Assembly: GCA_021839985.1 (NCBI GenBank)
Contig: JAKBZO010000001.1
Span: 676 to 64,675 of the forward strand
DNA length: 64,000 bases
Reading direction: 5' to 3'
DNA from: a bacterium
Lineage (GTDB): Bacteria; Patescibacteriota; Minisyncoccia; Phycocordibacterales; SBAW01
In this document: in pieces, positions 1 to 9,738 of the stretch
Layout of the letters: each line of letters opens with the position of its first letter
Position numbering within the stretch: the first letter of the stretch is position 1
Program-made: the position numbers and the translations under genes
The notes under the pieces: model-generated
The model's input: the letters and a program-made list of their open reading frames with translations, nothing else
Database searches by the model: none
What the model was told of the DNA's origin: nothing

Positions 1-220
1 GGGCGAACTCTCCTTCTTTACCTGACGCCGGAGGATTAGTGAACGTAAAGGTGCAGTTGCCGGTGAGCGTGAGATTGAAGACGTTGCCTTGCGAGAGGTC
101 GACGGTGTAGGCAGTGCCGGAGTTGGCGGTCACCGTGGTGTAGGAGTAGTTCTTGAGCTCGGCGTTCTGGAGCTGCTCAAGACCGATGTCGACGCGGTTC
201 TTGGAGATCTTGATGACCAT
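1..220 (-). CDS. Partial CDS running off the window edge; resembles a phage tail-fibre/virion beta-rich domain
   Basis: Manual translation from ATG at 220: MVIKISKNRVDIGLEQLQNAELKNYSYTTVTANSGTAYTVDLSQGNVFNLTLTGNCTFTFTNPPASGKEGEFA..., open to the edge. The tail-fibre resemblance is from recall only. Confidence 0.55.
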   Translation of the reverse strand, partial: MVIKISKNRVDIGLEQLQNAELKNYSYTTVTANSGTAYTVDLSQGNVFNLTLTGNCTFTFTNPPASGKEGEFA

Positions 221-284
221 GGTCTTTCTATCTTATCACGCCGCGGAGGTTGCAAAAGAGCAGGAGCTGCAGCTTCTTCAGTTT

Positions 285-2222
285 TCATTGCCCCACGATC
301 TCCATGCCGCGAGAAAAACCGGGGTCGCTCGAGAGAAGCGTCGTGAGCGGGTCAGCGCTCGCGGTCACTTGCGCTTGCGCGAAACGATCTTGGCCCTGGA
401 ACTGGATCGCACCCGTGAGTGCCGGTGCGGAGCCGACCTGCGAGAGCGAGGGCGTTAGCGATACTTGGAATGACGCCTGTCGTGCAGGAGTGCTGTAGCC
501 GACGCCCGCCTCCACGTCGCCAAGGGTCCAGGTGACCGTGCGCGTGCTGTCGTCGTATGACACTTGTTCGCCACCTGCCGTTCCGGCGCCGATGAACGAA
601 ACGTACGGCGGCAGCACCGTGCTCATGGTCGCGCCGCCGAGCGTGTTGGATGAATTCTTGACGGAGAAAACGATCGCATAGGTGGTGGTCTGCCCTACCC
701 GAGGAGGCAGCGAGCCGCTTTCGCTGAACGGACCCGTGAAATGAAGCGCTTGCGCCGAAGCGGACACCGCCGAGGCAAGCTCGATCTTGGTGCTTGCGAC
801 CGTCGTGATGTCCTCCGGCACGCCGGTGCCCTGACGTGTTCCGTGCACGGTAAGGTTGAGCGTCGCTTCAGGATTGGCGAGCGGCGCGCTGCCGGGCGGC
901 AGCGTCGCGAGGGAGAATTGGAATGAACCGCCAGCACCCGGCGCGACCGACGCGAGCTGTGAATTCTGGTCGCCGCTCCAGGTGATCTGCTGTTTATTGG
1001 AATCATAGAAACCGTTGATCGCGCGCACCGAGGATCCGTCGATCGCAGAGCCGGAAAGCGACAGCGTGAAGGTCACGTTCGATACGGTCTCCGTCAGGTT
1101 GTTCTGCCATGCGATGTTGCCCGAGATCGTCCCGCCGAGCGGCTCCGCGATCGTCGCGCCCGTATTGCCGTCCAGCGAGATCGTCGCGCCGATGAACGGC
1201 TTGCGCACGGTGACCGTCTGCGGGGTCGAGAGAAGCGGGACCGCGAGCGATGTTTCGGTCGGATCGCTTTCGGTACCGGCGAGGAAATGGAAAACGCGCT
1301 CGTCGCCATCTTCGCCGGTGAGCACGCCGGAGATATGAATGGTCTGGCTGCCGCCCGGGTTGAGCGTACCCAAATGCCAGAGCGTATTTCCCGGTGCCGC
1401 CGCCGGCGACACCGAATTCACCGCGAAGCCAAATGGATACTGCACTTCGACCGCCACATTCTGAAGCGGCGAGGTGGCGTTGGATGACACCTCCACGTCC
1501 AGCGAGAACGGCTGACCCGAGATCGCTTCCGTGGGCGATGAAATGGACACGGAGATCGGCGAGGAACCGATCGTGAACATGGTATCGACCTGTTTGACGA
1601 AGACCGAATTGGAGCCGGCGAGTTGGTATTCGAGCGTGACCGATACTTTTTCTTGCGAGCCGCTCGCGCCGAAGAACAGCGCCGAGGATGTCTGTTTGAT
1701 CTGCTGCCCTGGGGCTATCGTGCCAAGCGAGATGCGCTCATTGGGCAGCGCCACCGTGGGATCGTTCTGCGAGCGGGTACCGTCCGGATACGTGACGACC
1801 AGATCGGCCGCAAGAAGGGACGTGTTGTTGCGATTTTGAATGATGTACTGAAGCGTCGCGCCCTTTCCGCTGTCGATAAGCGAAGGCGCAACGATCTGAA
1901 CATCGATGTTCTGCGGAGAGATAGTGTTGAGTCCGCCCCACAGCGCCCACCCCGCAACAGCGGCCGCGATGACGAAGAATATGAATGAGCCCCACAGGAA
2001 GTACCATGCTGCGGTGTGTTTTGATGTGCGTTTTTCCATAAGCGTAAGCGGCGCGACCGGCTTTTCTAGCGCTCCCTCTTCTTTCATGCCATCCCACGAG
2101 CGAGGCGCTTCTTTGCGCGATGAAGAAAGCGGCGAGCGCGCGGTCGGTTCGACCGTGGGCGCCTGCGTGCGCGAATATAATTTGCTTTTGAGCCTTTCGA
2201 CTGGCGGTTCCCGATCGGGCAT
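285..2222 (-). CDS. Membrane-anchored protein with tandem Ig-like/DUF11-type beta domains
   Basis: One N-terminal TM helix, then Ser/Thr/Gly-rich beta repeats (W-x-L-G-x-L-x-P-G). Start set at ATG 2222, 6 nt after TATGAT. Confidence 0.7.
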   Translation of the reverse strand: MPDREPPVERLKSKLYSRTQAPTVEPTARSPLSSSRKEAPRSWDGMKEEGALEKPVAPLTLMEKRTSKHTAAWYFLWGSFIFFVIAAAVAGWALWGGLNTISPQNIDVQIVAPSLIDSGKGATLQYIIQNRNNTSLLAADLVVTYPDGTRSQNDPTVALPNERISLGTIAPGQQIKQTSSALFFGASGSQEKVSVTLEYQLAGSNSVFVKQVDTMFTIGSSPISVSISSPTEAISGQPFSLDVEVSSNATSPLQNVAVEVQYPFGFAVNSVSPAAAPGNTLWHLGTLNPGGSQTIHISGVLTGEDGDERVFHFLAGTESDPTETSLAVPLLSTPQTVTVRKPFIGATISLDGNTGATIAEPLGGTISGNIAWQNNLTETVSNVTFTLSLSGSAIDGSSVRAINGFYDSNKQQITWSGDQNSQLASVAPGAGGSFQFSLATLPPGSAPLANPEATLNLTVHGTRQGTGVPEDITTVASTKIELASAVSASAQALHFTGPFSESGSLPPRVGQTTTYAIVFSVKNSSNTLGGATMSTVLPPYVSFIGAGTAGGEQVSYDDSTRTVTWTLGDVEAGVGYSTPARQASFQVSLTPSLSQVGSAPALTGAIQFQGQDRFAQAQVTASADPLTTLLSSDPGFSRGMEIVGQ

Positions 2223-2333
2223 AGCACTATCATACCGCACGAACACAAAAGCTGAATATCGAGGTCAGGTATATCTGTCGCGCCGGCTCGATCTCGGTCT
2301 ATCCGCTTCCAGGCTTCCGCCAAGCGCGCTTGA

Positions 2334-2933
2334 TCACAACCCGGTTGCCATGAGTGATTCGTTGATCGATCGAATGAGCGCGCTGCGCGAGACGGCGGCA
2401 GACGCGGCGAGTTCCATCGACAGAGCGCTGTCGCCGATGAATGGCGCGAGCTCCGGCGTCTTTGGAAGATAGCCGAGATGATGGAGTGTGCGGAGTACCA
2501 GTACCGACTCGATGCCGTCGACTTCTTCGCGCGAACGCGCTGTAAGCAGAAGACCGATGCCCTCCACCACCTGATCATAAAGAGCGGGTGATGCTTCTTC
2601 GCCATGAATGAGGCGGGTGAGAAGCTGCAAGATCTTACCGACCGCATGCCGCGCATCGCGCGAACTTTCCGCGAATTGCGCGCGGTCCTTCTCGTGTTGG
2701 TGACCATTTACGATCTTCCACTCATGCTTGCCGCGCACCAGCGAAAAGCGCGCGATCGAAAGCGGCTCAAGAAAATAGCGCAGCTTCGATCGCGAGAGGC
2801 GGCTGCTTTGCGCTTTAGCATACAGAAGGCCGCGATCGCGCGTGAAGAGTACCGCGAGCGTGTTCGCTTCTCCGACGCCGCGCTTGCCAAGCACGATCCC
2901 CGGAGTAGTAAGAATGGTATGACCGAGGCTCAT
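2334..2933 (-). CDS. recO: DNA repair protein RecO
   Basis: N-terminal OB-fold pattern GIVLGKRGVGEANTLAVLFTRDRG...SKLRYFLEP. Confidence 0.8.
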   Translation of the reverse strand: MSLGHTILTTPGIVLGKRGVGEANTLAVLFTRDRGLLYAKAQSSRLSRSKLRYFLEPLSIARFSLVRGKHEWKIVNGHQHEKDRAQFAESSRDARHAVGKILQLLTRLIHGEEASPALYDQVVEGIGLLLTARSREEVDGIESVLVLRTLHHLGYLPKTPELAPFIGDSALSMELAASAAVSRSALIRSINESLMATGL

Positions 2934-5900
2934 TGGGTGAGGATGAATCGAACGGGCATATTGAGTGATGGATGGATGGAGAGGTCTGCGGCGCGCATGA
3001 TCTCAAGCGCGCCAAGACCGGTCTGTGCGATGAGGTCATGCTTGTGCGACTCGAAGAACGCTTCCCATTCTTCGTCCACATCGACGCGCAGTGTCGGCCG
3101 GTCATTCACTAAGAGGCCTTCCTTTTTGCGCAGATCTTGGATCATCCGCGCGACGTCGCGCACCAGACCTTCTTCGCGCAGCTCATCCGTGATCGCGATG
3201 TCGAGCCACACGTCCTCTTCCATGTCAGTGTCGGTCTCGATGACCTTCACGTTCACTTCATCGGCGATGATGGCGCGCAGCACTTGATCATCCGGCAGTT
3301 CGCGCACTTTAAGAAGCGCGAGCGGCTGGCGCACCTTTATGCCGGAGGCGTCGCGGCGCTCAAGCGCGCGCGATGCGACGGTACGAATGATCGCCATGTC
3401 CGCGAGGATCTTTTCATCGACCGCGATATTCTCCGGCCAGTTCTCCAAGTGGACGCTCTCCTTTTCTCCACCCGCGCCCCGGTACACGCTCTCTGCAATG
3501 AACGGCATGAGCGGCGCCACGAGTTTTGCGAGCGCGAGCAAGACCTCGCGCTGTGTGGCAAGAGCAAATTGTTTGTCAGTAGCGTCCGCGCCCGTTCGCA
3601 CGCGATCGCGTGAGCGGCGCACATACCAGGTCGAATAATCTTCGATGAACGGGCGTAGTGCTCGCACGGAGCGCGGCATGTCGTAGGACTCCATCGCGTC
3701 GGTCATCTCGCGCACGAGCTCTCCCAAGCGCGAACGGACCCAATGATCAAGCGGATGCGGACTGTTCTCGCTTTCGGTCGCTCCGTCGTATTCCTCTTTA
3801 TAAAGCTCGAAGAATTTGTATGAGTTCCATAAAATGCCGATGACGCGGTTGTGCACCTCGCGCACGTCTTCATCGCGAAACGCGAAGTCCTCCGCCTGCA
3901 TCACCACGCTCCCCATCATATAGAGGCGCAGCGCGTCGGCGCCGTACTTATCGAGCAGCGCGAGCGGATCAGTGTAGTTGCCCTTGCTCTTGCTCATCTT
4001 GGAGCCGTCGGCGGCAAGCACGTTGCCGGTCACAACCGCGGCGCGGAACGACAGGCGATCAAAGAGCGCGACCGCCATCGCATGCATATAGTAAAACCAT
4101 GCGCGCGTCTGCCCGACATACTCGGCCACAAAATCGCCCGGCGCGCGCTTCTCGAATGCTTCGGCGTTCTCGAACGGATAGTGATATTCGGCGAACGGCA
4201 TGACGCCCGACTCCGCCCAACAGTCGATGACTTCCGGTATGCGGGTGTACTCTGCGCCATCGTCTCCGAGGAGCGTGATCGAATCGATATAGGGACGATG
4301 CAGGTCGAGATCGAATTTCGCGTTGAGCGGCAGCGGCTTGAACGGAAGTTCCATCACCTCGCCCGGCGCTGCCGCGAGATTCACTTCGCTCAGGAGATCG
4401 TCGCCGCGCGTGCCATCGAGCACTTCAACGAGCGACTTGAAGCCGACCGCGTGCGACACCATGACCACCGTCTTGTCCGCATACGTCTCCTCGTAGCCGT
4501 AGATCGCTTTGCCGAAACGGATCTTCGCTTCTTCAAAACTTTCGCCGTGATCGGGATGTACGGTGTACCAGTCGGGTCGTGCCAGCGCCTGTATCCACTC
4601 CGATTTCGGTCGGCCGTCATATTCGCCGAAGTTGAATTCTGCGAGCCGCTCATCGACGACGATCGAAGATCCATCAAGACCAAGCTCGCGCGCCATGATC
4701 GTGGCGGTCTCGCGCGCGCGGCGCACCGGCGAGGTCAGAAGCACCAGCGATTTCTCAGGCGTCTGTGCCAAGCTCGCGCGGATGGTGTGCGCCGCGCGCG
4801 CGGCCTGCTCCCGGCCCTTCTGCGTCAGCGGGTAGACGCTCTCTGGGTCGGCGGTGTAAATGCCCTTGCTCATATATTCCGACTCGCCGTGGCGCACGAT
4901 GAAGTATCGATTGCCCGCGGTCTTCGCGCGCTGCTTGAGCTCCTCCAAAGAGCCGACCACCATGTACCGGCCATCTTGTGCTTTCCAGATCGGCAGGGGC
5001 GACGCCCAGAAACGATTGCGCGAAATGGTCCAGTCGGGCGCATTGTCGACGATGTGTTTGAAACGACCATGCTTAAGATGCTCCGGCACCCACGTTATCT
5101 TTTCATTCTCTTCAAGAAGACGCGTCTTGATCTTCTGAATATTGATGAACCACGACGAGACCGCGTTGTAGACGAGCGCCGTCGAACAACGATAGCAGTG
5201 CGGATACGAGTGCGTGTGCTCCGCTTTCGCAAAAAGCAGACCGCGCTTCTCAAGATCTTCGATGATACGCTTGCCGCCCTTTTTGTAATACATGCCGACG
5301 ATGAACTCCGGCGCCATCGAGTTGTAGGAGCCGCTCGCGTCGAGCAGCTGGATCATCGGCAATCCTTCGCGCGCGCCGAGCGCGAAGTCGTCTTCGCCGT
5401 ACATGGGGGCAATGTGCACGATGCCGGTGCCGTCTTCGGTCGTGACGAAGTCGCCGGCATACACGCGATGCGCCACGCCCGACTTCTCCTCGCCTGCGAA
5501 TTCGTAGAGCGGTTCATATTCGAGACCGACCAAGTCTTTGCCCGATCGTTCCCAATCGAGCACATAGAGTATCTGCTTTTGTGCGAAAAAGTTATTCGTG
5601 TCCTGCGAAAGAATATAAAGTTCAGGGCTGTCTGGTTTTTTAGCGAGTTGGTATTTGATATTTTCACCCACCGCCAGCGCCATGTTTCCCGGCAGCGTCC
5701 ACGGCGTGGTAGTCCACGCGAGCAAATACACATCACCCGAAAGTCCGAGAGCGTTCGGGTCTTTGACCTTGAACTTCACCGTCACCGCCGTATCCGTCAC
5801 ATCCTTATAGGTGTTATCCATCGCGATCTCCGCTTTTGCCAGCGGCGTCTCGCAGTGCGGGCAGTACATGAGCACCTTGCGGCCTTCGTAGAGGAGCTCC

Positions 5901-6418
5901 TTCTCATGCAAGCGCTTGAGCGACCACCATACGCTCTCGATGTACGAGTTGTCCATCGTCTTGTACGAATGTTTGAAGTCGACCCATCGTCCGATGCGCT
6001 CGACATATTTCTCCCACTCGCGCTCGAATTCAAGCACGCTGGAGCGCGCCGCTTCGTTGAACGCCGCGATACCTACCTGCTCGATATCTTTTTTTGTCTT
6101 AAGACCGAGCCGTTTCTCAATGAGGCTCTCGATCGGAAGACCGTGGCAATCCCACCCCCACCGGCGGCGCACGCTATACCCGCGCATCGTCTTGTAGCGC
6201 GGCACGACATCCTTCACGATCGACGAGAGCAGCGAACCATAGTGCGGAAGGCCGGTCGCAAATGGCGGGCCATCATAAAATATGAACTCGCCATGTGGCG
6301 CATCTTTCCCTACCGACTTTTCAAAAATTTCGCGCTCTTTCCAAAAAGCGAGCACGCCCTCCTCGCGTTGCGCTATCTCCGTCTTTTCTTGCGTCTTCGC
6401 TTTCTGTTCCTCAGCCAT
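2930..6418 (-). CDS. ileS: Isoleucine--tRNA ligase (IleRS2 type) with an inserted histidine-phosphatase domain
   Basis: FYDGPPFATGLPHYG, GWDCHGLP, WTTTPWTLP, DWTISRNRFW and KMSKS motifs; internal RHGES domain. Confidence 0.95.
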   Translation of the reverse strand: MAEEQKAKTQEKTEIAQREEGVLAFWKEREIFEKSVGKDAPHGEFIFYDGPPFATGLPHYGSLLSSIVKDVVPRYKTMRGYSVRRRWGWDCHGLPIESLIEKRLGLKTKKDIEQVGIAAFNEAARSSVLEFEREWEKYVERIGRWVDFKHSYKTMDNSYIESVWWSLKRLHEKELLYEGRKVLMYCPHCETPLAKAEIAMDNTYKDVTDTAVTVKFKVKDPNALGLSGDVYLLAWTTTPWTLPGNMALAVGENIKYQLAKKPDSPELYILSQDTNNFFAQKQILYVLDWERSGKDLVGLEYEPLYEFAGEEKSGVAHRVYAGDFVTTEDGTGIVHIAPMYGEDDFALGAREGLPMIQLLDASGSYNSMAPEFIVGMYYKKGGKRIIEDLEKRGLLFAKAEHTHSYPHCYRCSTALVYNAVSSWFINIQKIKTRLLEENEKITWVPEHLKHGRFKHIVDNAPDWTISRNRFWASPLPIWKAQDGRYMVVGSLEELKQRAKTAGNRYFIVRHGESEYMSKGIYTADPESVYPLTQKGREQAARAAHTIRASLAQTPEKSLVLLTSPVRRARETATIMARELGLDGSSIVVDERLAEFNFGEYDGRPKSEWIQALARPDWYTVHPDHGESFEEAKIRFGKAIYGYEETYADKTVVMVSHAVGFKSLVEVLDGTRGDDLLSEVNLAAAPGEVMELPFKPLPLNAKFDLDLHRPYIDSITLLGDDGAEYTRIPEVIDCWAESGVMPFAEYHYPFENAEAFEKRAPGDFVAEYVGQTRAWFYYMHAMAVALFDRLSFRAAVVTGNVLAADGSKMSKSKGNYTDPLALLDKYGADALRLYMMGSVVMQAEDFAFRDEDVREVHNRVIGILWNSYKFFELYKEEYDGATESENSPHPLDHWVRSRLGELVREMTDAMESYDMPRSVRALRPFIEDYSTWYVRRSRDRVRTGADATDKQFALATQREVLLALAKLVAPLMPFIAESVYRGAGGEKESVHLENWPENIAVDEKILADMAIIRTVASRALERRDASGIKVRQPLALLKVRELPDDQVLRAIIADEVNVKVIETDTDMEEDVWLDIAITDELREEGLVRDVARMIQDLRKKEGLLVNDRPTLRVDVDEEWEAFFESHKHDLIAQTGLGALEIMRAADLSIHPSLNMPVRFILTQ

Positions 6419-6450
6419 ACATAAGAATATATAGGTATATCACCCAAATT

Positions 6451-6482
6451 AAAAGGCGGTACGTTTCTCAACGTTCCGCCTT
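6451..6482 (-). terminator. Intrinsic terminator-like hairpin just upstream of ileS
   Basis: Minus strand aaggcggaacgtt-gag-aaacgtaccgcctt followed by a T-rich run. Confidence 0.55.
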
Positions 6483-6678
6483 CTCGATCAGATCGGTCAT
6501 TTTTCGACCTTGAACCTACCAGACATGCCTGCCGTACGAGGTTCCTAAGAGTTCTGACACGGGGTGCCGAATCCCTACCCTTGTGCCGGATGGTATGTCC
6601 GGCCGCTACTTCGCTTTCTGAAGAACATGGCGTCTCCCTGGCCTGATGATCGTGGCGATCACTGAAACTACTGGTAAA

Positions 6679-6707
6679 AGTAGAGCATGATTGCTGCGAA
6701 AAGTCAA
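6679..6707 (-). promoter_or_regulatory. Sigma70-like promoter
   Basis: TTGACT-17 nt-TCTACT with an upstream TG. Confidence 0.5.
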
Positions 6708-6726
6708 GCTTTTATTTACAGCGCGA

Positions 6727-6845
6727 ATCCGCTCAAAATCGATGAGATGCGAGGCGTGGGCGAGGAGCGAAGTGAGCCTTACTTGAGCCGTAAGGCGAGT
6801 GAGTACCGAAGTCCACAACGACGCAGGTCGCGGTTTTGAGCGGAT
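6727..6845. repeat. ~120-nt palindromic intergenic element, copy 1
   Basis: Arms atccgctcaaaatcg / cggttttgagcggat; internal motifs shared with the elements at 14939 and 25637. Confidence 0.7.
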
Positions 6846-6852
6846 CCGAACA

Positions 6853-8526
6853 TTACATTTCCTCGGGTGCTGAAATACCCAAAAGCCACAAGCCGTTTTT
6901 GAGCGTTTGGCGCACGGCACTGACGAGCGCGAGTTTGTCCGCGGCATCTGGCGTGCCAAGGATCCGCTCCTGCGCATACCAGGAGTTGAAGGCGCTTGAA
7001 AGTTCAATGAGATACTGCGCGACGAAGTGAGGTTCGTACTGCACCGCAGCGCGCTCCACCACCTCCGGAAAGCGCGGCAGAAGTCGCTCGATGTCGGGCG
7101 CGATGCCGCCGCGAACATGCGCGGACAACGCGACACTCTCCTCTTCTGCCCTCTTGAGCACGGACACGCAGCGCGTGTGCGCGTACTGGATATACGGACC
7201 GGACTCGCCTTCAAGTGAAAGGGATTTCTCCGGATCGAAAATAATGTTCTTACCCGCGCCCTGCTTGAGCACGGAAAACTTTATCGCGGCAACAGCGATC
7301 TGCCGTGCGACCTCCTCGGGGTTCGCCACACCGCGCTCCCCCATTTTTTCTTTCGCCGCCGTGATCATATCGCCGATGAGCGACTCGCCGGTGATGACGT
7401 TGCCTTTGCGCGACGACATCTTGCCGCTCTGGAGTTGCATCATGCCGTGATGGATGTGCTCGAAGACGCCTTTCCACTCTGGATAGATAAGCTCAAGTGC
7501 TGTGAACACGACGTTGAAGTACGCTTCTTGCTCAAGCGCGGTCACGGTGATCGAGCGATCGAACGCGCAGCGCTCGCGCTTCATCTGCGCAAGGCCGATC
7601 TCTTTCGCTTCGTAGGTCGGCAGTCCTTGCTTGTTGACGAAGACGCGGGTATGGAGCTTCGGGTCATGCTCTTCCCCATGGAACACGATCGCGCCGTCGC
7701 TCTCAACGAATAGCTCCGGATGAGCGTGCACGACCTCAAGGCCTCGCGGTCCGGTCTCGCTTTCGAAGAAGTATTCATCAAAAGATGTTCCAAGAAGCGC
7801 GTAGATATCTTCAAAATGCTTCAGGGTCTCCTCGCGTCCCCAAGCATAGAGCGCGTTGATCTTTTCATCGCTCTTCTCATATACTTTCTTGTTGATCTCT
7901 TCGATCTCACGCTTCGCGTCTGTATTTTCTTCGTAAGCGGCGGCGCCGCGCACATATGCTGCACTGATCTGTGCGACCGTCGACTGTGCGAGACCTTCCT
8001 GCAGGAGCCCCCAGATCGCTTTGGCGACATGCGGGCCGACATCGCCTTGATAGTTGGCGCGGATGACATCGGCGCCCGAGTGCTCAAAGAGCCGCGCCAC
8101 GCTCTCGCCGATAGCATTGCTCATGAGGTGACCGATGTGAAATTCTTTGAACGGATTCGGGTCGGTGTATTCGACCATGATCGTCTTGCCTGACCAAGCG
8201 TCATTGCTTCCCCACCGGTCGCCTTCTTCGCGCGCAGCGACGATCGCCGTGGCGCGCGACTCGCTGGAGAGGAAGATGTTGAGAAAACCCGGACCGGCGA
8301 TCTCGATCTTCTCGACGCCCGAGATATGCGCCTCTTCAAGCGCGGCGTGCATGGCGACGGCGACATCGCGCGGTTTCTGGCCAAGCTGCTTTCCTGCGAC
8401 CAGCGCCGCATTGCAGGCGTAGTCCGCACCGGTCTCCGCCGGCGGATATTCAACGACGAAAGCGGCGTCGGGAGCACCCAACCGCGCGAGAGCGCCGCGC
8501 ACCGCCGCTTCTATCTTTTCTTTCAT
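6853..8526 (-). CDS. argS: Arginine--tRNA ligase
   Basis: IAGPGFLN, EYTDPNPFKEFHIGH, KMSSRKG and GPYIQYAHTR motifs. Confidence 0.97.
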   Translation of the reverse strand: MKEKIEAAVRGALARLGAPDAAFVVEYPPAETGADYACNAALVAGKQLGQKPRDVAVAMHAALEEAHISGVEKIEIAGPGFLNIFLSSESRATAIVAAREEGDRWGSNDAWSGKTIMVEYTDPNPFKEFHIGHLMSNAIGESVARLFEHSGADVIRANYQGDVGPHVAKAIWGLLQEGLAQSTVAQISAAYVRGAAAYEENTDAKREIEEINKKVYEKSDEKINALYAWGREETLKHFEDIYALLGTSFDEYFFESETGPRGLEVVHAHPELFVESDGAIVFHGEEHDPKLHTRVFVNKQGLPTYEAKEIGLAQMKRERCAFDRSITVTALEQEAYFNVVFTALELIYPEWKGVFEHIHHGMMQLQSGKMSSRKGNVITGESLIGDMITAAKEKMGERGVANPEEVARQIAVAAIKFSVLKQGAGKNIIFDPEKSLSLEGESGPYIQYAHTRCVSVLKRAEEESVALSAHVRGGIAPDIERLLPRFPEVVERAAVQYEPHFVAQYLIELSSAFNSWYAQERILGTPDAADKLALVSAVRQTLKNGLWLLGISAPEEM

Positions 8527-8619
8527 ATTCACAAAGTAGCAGGATTCCGCTCAAATCGCTAGACTCATGCACGCCCTTGAGCTCTATGATACATCATAGA
8601 GAATACCGATCTCTGGAAA

Positions 8620-9723
8620 CTACAGCGTCGTCGATGAAAGCATCGGCGATGTCGTGCTTGGTATGACATCGAATGAGACACGGCCGATGAGCGCGCCGCT
8701 TTCCGTCTCAACGTCGCAGCGCCACTGCCCCGGCGTGATGTTCTGCTTCATGCTGTATCCGCGATAGCCTTCTTCGCGGCCGCCGGAGATCGGAAATTCA
8801 ACGACCGCGACCGTACTCCACACGTTCGCGGTCGCGTCGTAATGTTCCCATCGATGTCGGATCGGGGTGCCGAGTCCGGTCGGCGCGAAGACCGACGACC
8901 AGCAGTAGGCATCGCTCCCCGCCGGGGCGGTGAAGATATCGGAGGTGGTGTGCCAGAATTGCCACGCGGGTGCCGCTTCATATTGCGCGCCATAGGAACC
9001 ATCCGCGTTGTGCACGATGAGATGATAGATGCCGTCATCGCGCAGCGCGAGTGGAACCGGCGGAATGACGTTCGTGAAGTACAAAAGGTTGAACAGCGCG
9101 AGCACGCTCGCGATCATGAGGAGCGCATGCGTGAGATGTCGGCGGCCTTCGCGTCCGCCAAAGATCCGCGTCGCGCCGTGGAGCACGATGATGAAGACAA
9201 GCGCTGCGACCAAGCTGACCGCATTGCTTTCAATGAACGCCGCTTGGCCTATGTCGTGCACGATCCACGTCGGCACCGCAATGACGCAGTAGGTCAGAAG
9301 GAGCACATACCACACGCTCATGTTGAAACGAAGCTGGTCGTATTTGGTCTTGAGAAATTCATTGCCGATGAGCATTGCCGCGAGGACGCCCAAAAAGAGC
9401 AGGCTGCCCGCCGGCGTGCCGCTCTTGCCGTAGAGGATGAGCAGGTTGCTCGCAAGACCGCCGAAGGCGAACTTCATCGAGAGGATCGGCGCGAGTGTGG
9501 TCGCGGGATCTTTTGCCGCGCGCCGCACCGGCCGTGCAAGATACACGATCACGCCGGCGGAGACGAGCAGGTACGAGAGGAGCAGCACATTCACAAAGAC
9601 GCTGTCGGGGCGCTTCGCGATGATGAGATCGAAACAAAAGCCGCCGACCATCGTCGCGACCGACACCGCGCGTTCATAGCGGTTAAGTACTGCAAGTAAG
9701 TGATCGGTTCGTGATCGAGACAT
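8620..9723 (-). CDS. Polytopic membrane protein with a C-terminal DUF2914-like domain
   Basis: About 8 TM segments followed by SSVFAP...GGREEGYRGYS...GQWRCDVET. Confidence 0.7.
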   Translation of the reverse strand: MSRSRTDHLLAVLNRYERAVSVATMVGGFCFDLIIAKRPDSVFVNVLLLSYLLVSAGVIVYLARPVRRAAKDPATTLAPILSMKFAFGGLASNLLILYGKSGTPAGSLLFLGVLAAMLIGNEFLKTKYDQLRFNMSVWYVLLLTYCVIAVPTWIVHDIGQAAFIESNAVSLVAALVFIIVLHGATRIFGGREGRRHLTHALLMIASVLALFNLLYFTNVIPPVPLALRDDGIYHLIVHNADGSYGAQYEAAPAWQFWHTTSDIFTAPAGSDAYCWSSVFAPTGLGTPIRHRWEHYDATANVWSTVAVVEFPISGGREEGYRGYSMKQNITPGQWRCDVETESGALIGRVSFDVIPSTTSPMLSSTTL

Positions 9724-9738
9724 AGAGATCGCGTGGGG

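Noticed and set aside
3851-6424. 857-aa plus-strand ORF and similar long antisense ORFs (18756-20843, 25626-26855, 40757-41881, 52383-53519)
   Set aside because: These are antisense shadows of well-supported genes in GC-rich DNA, with no motifs.
6430-6455. T-box-like AATTTGGGTGATA upstream of ileS
   Set aside because: It lacks UGGNACC and lies after, not before, the terminator.
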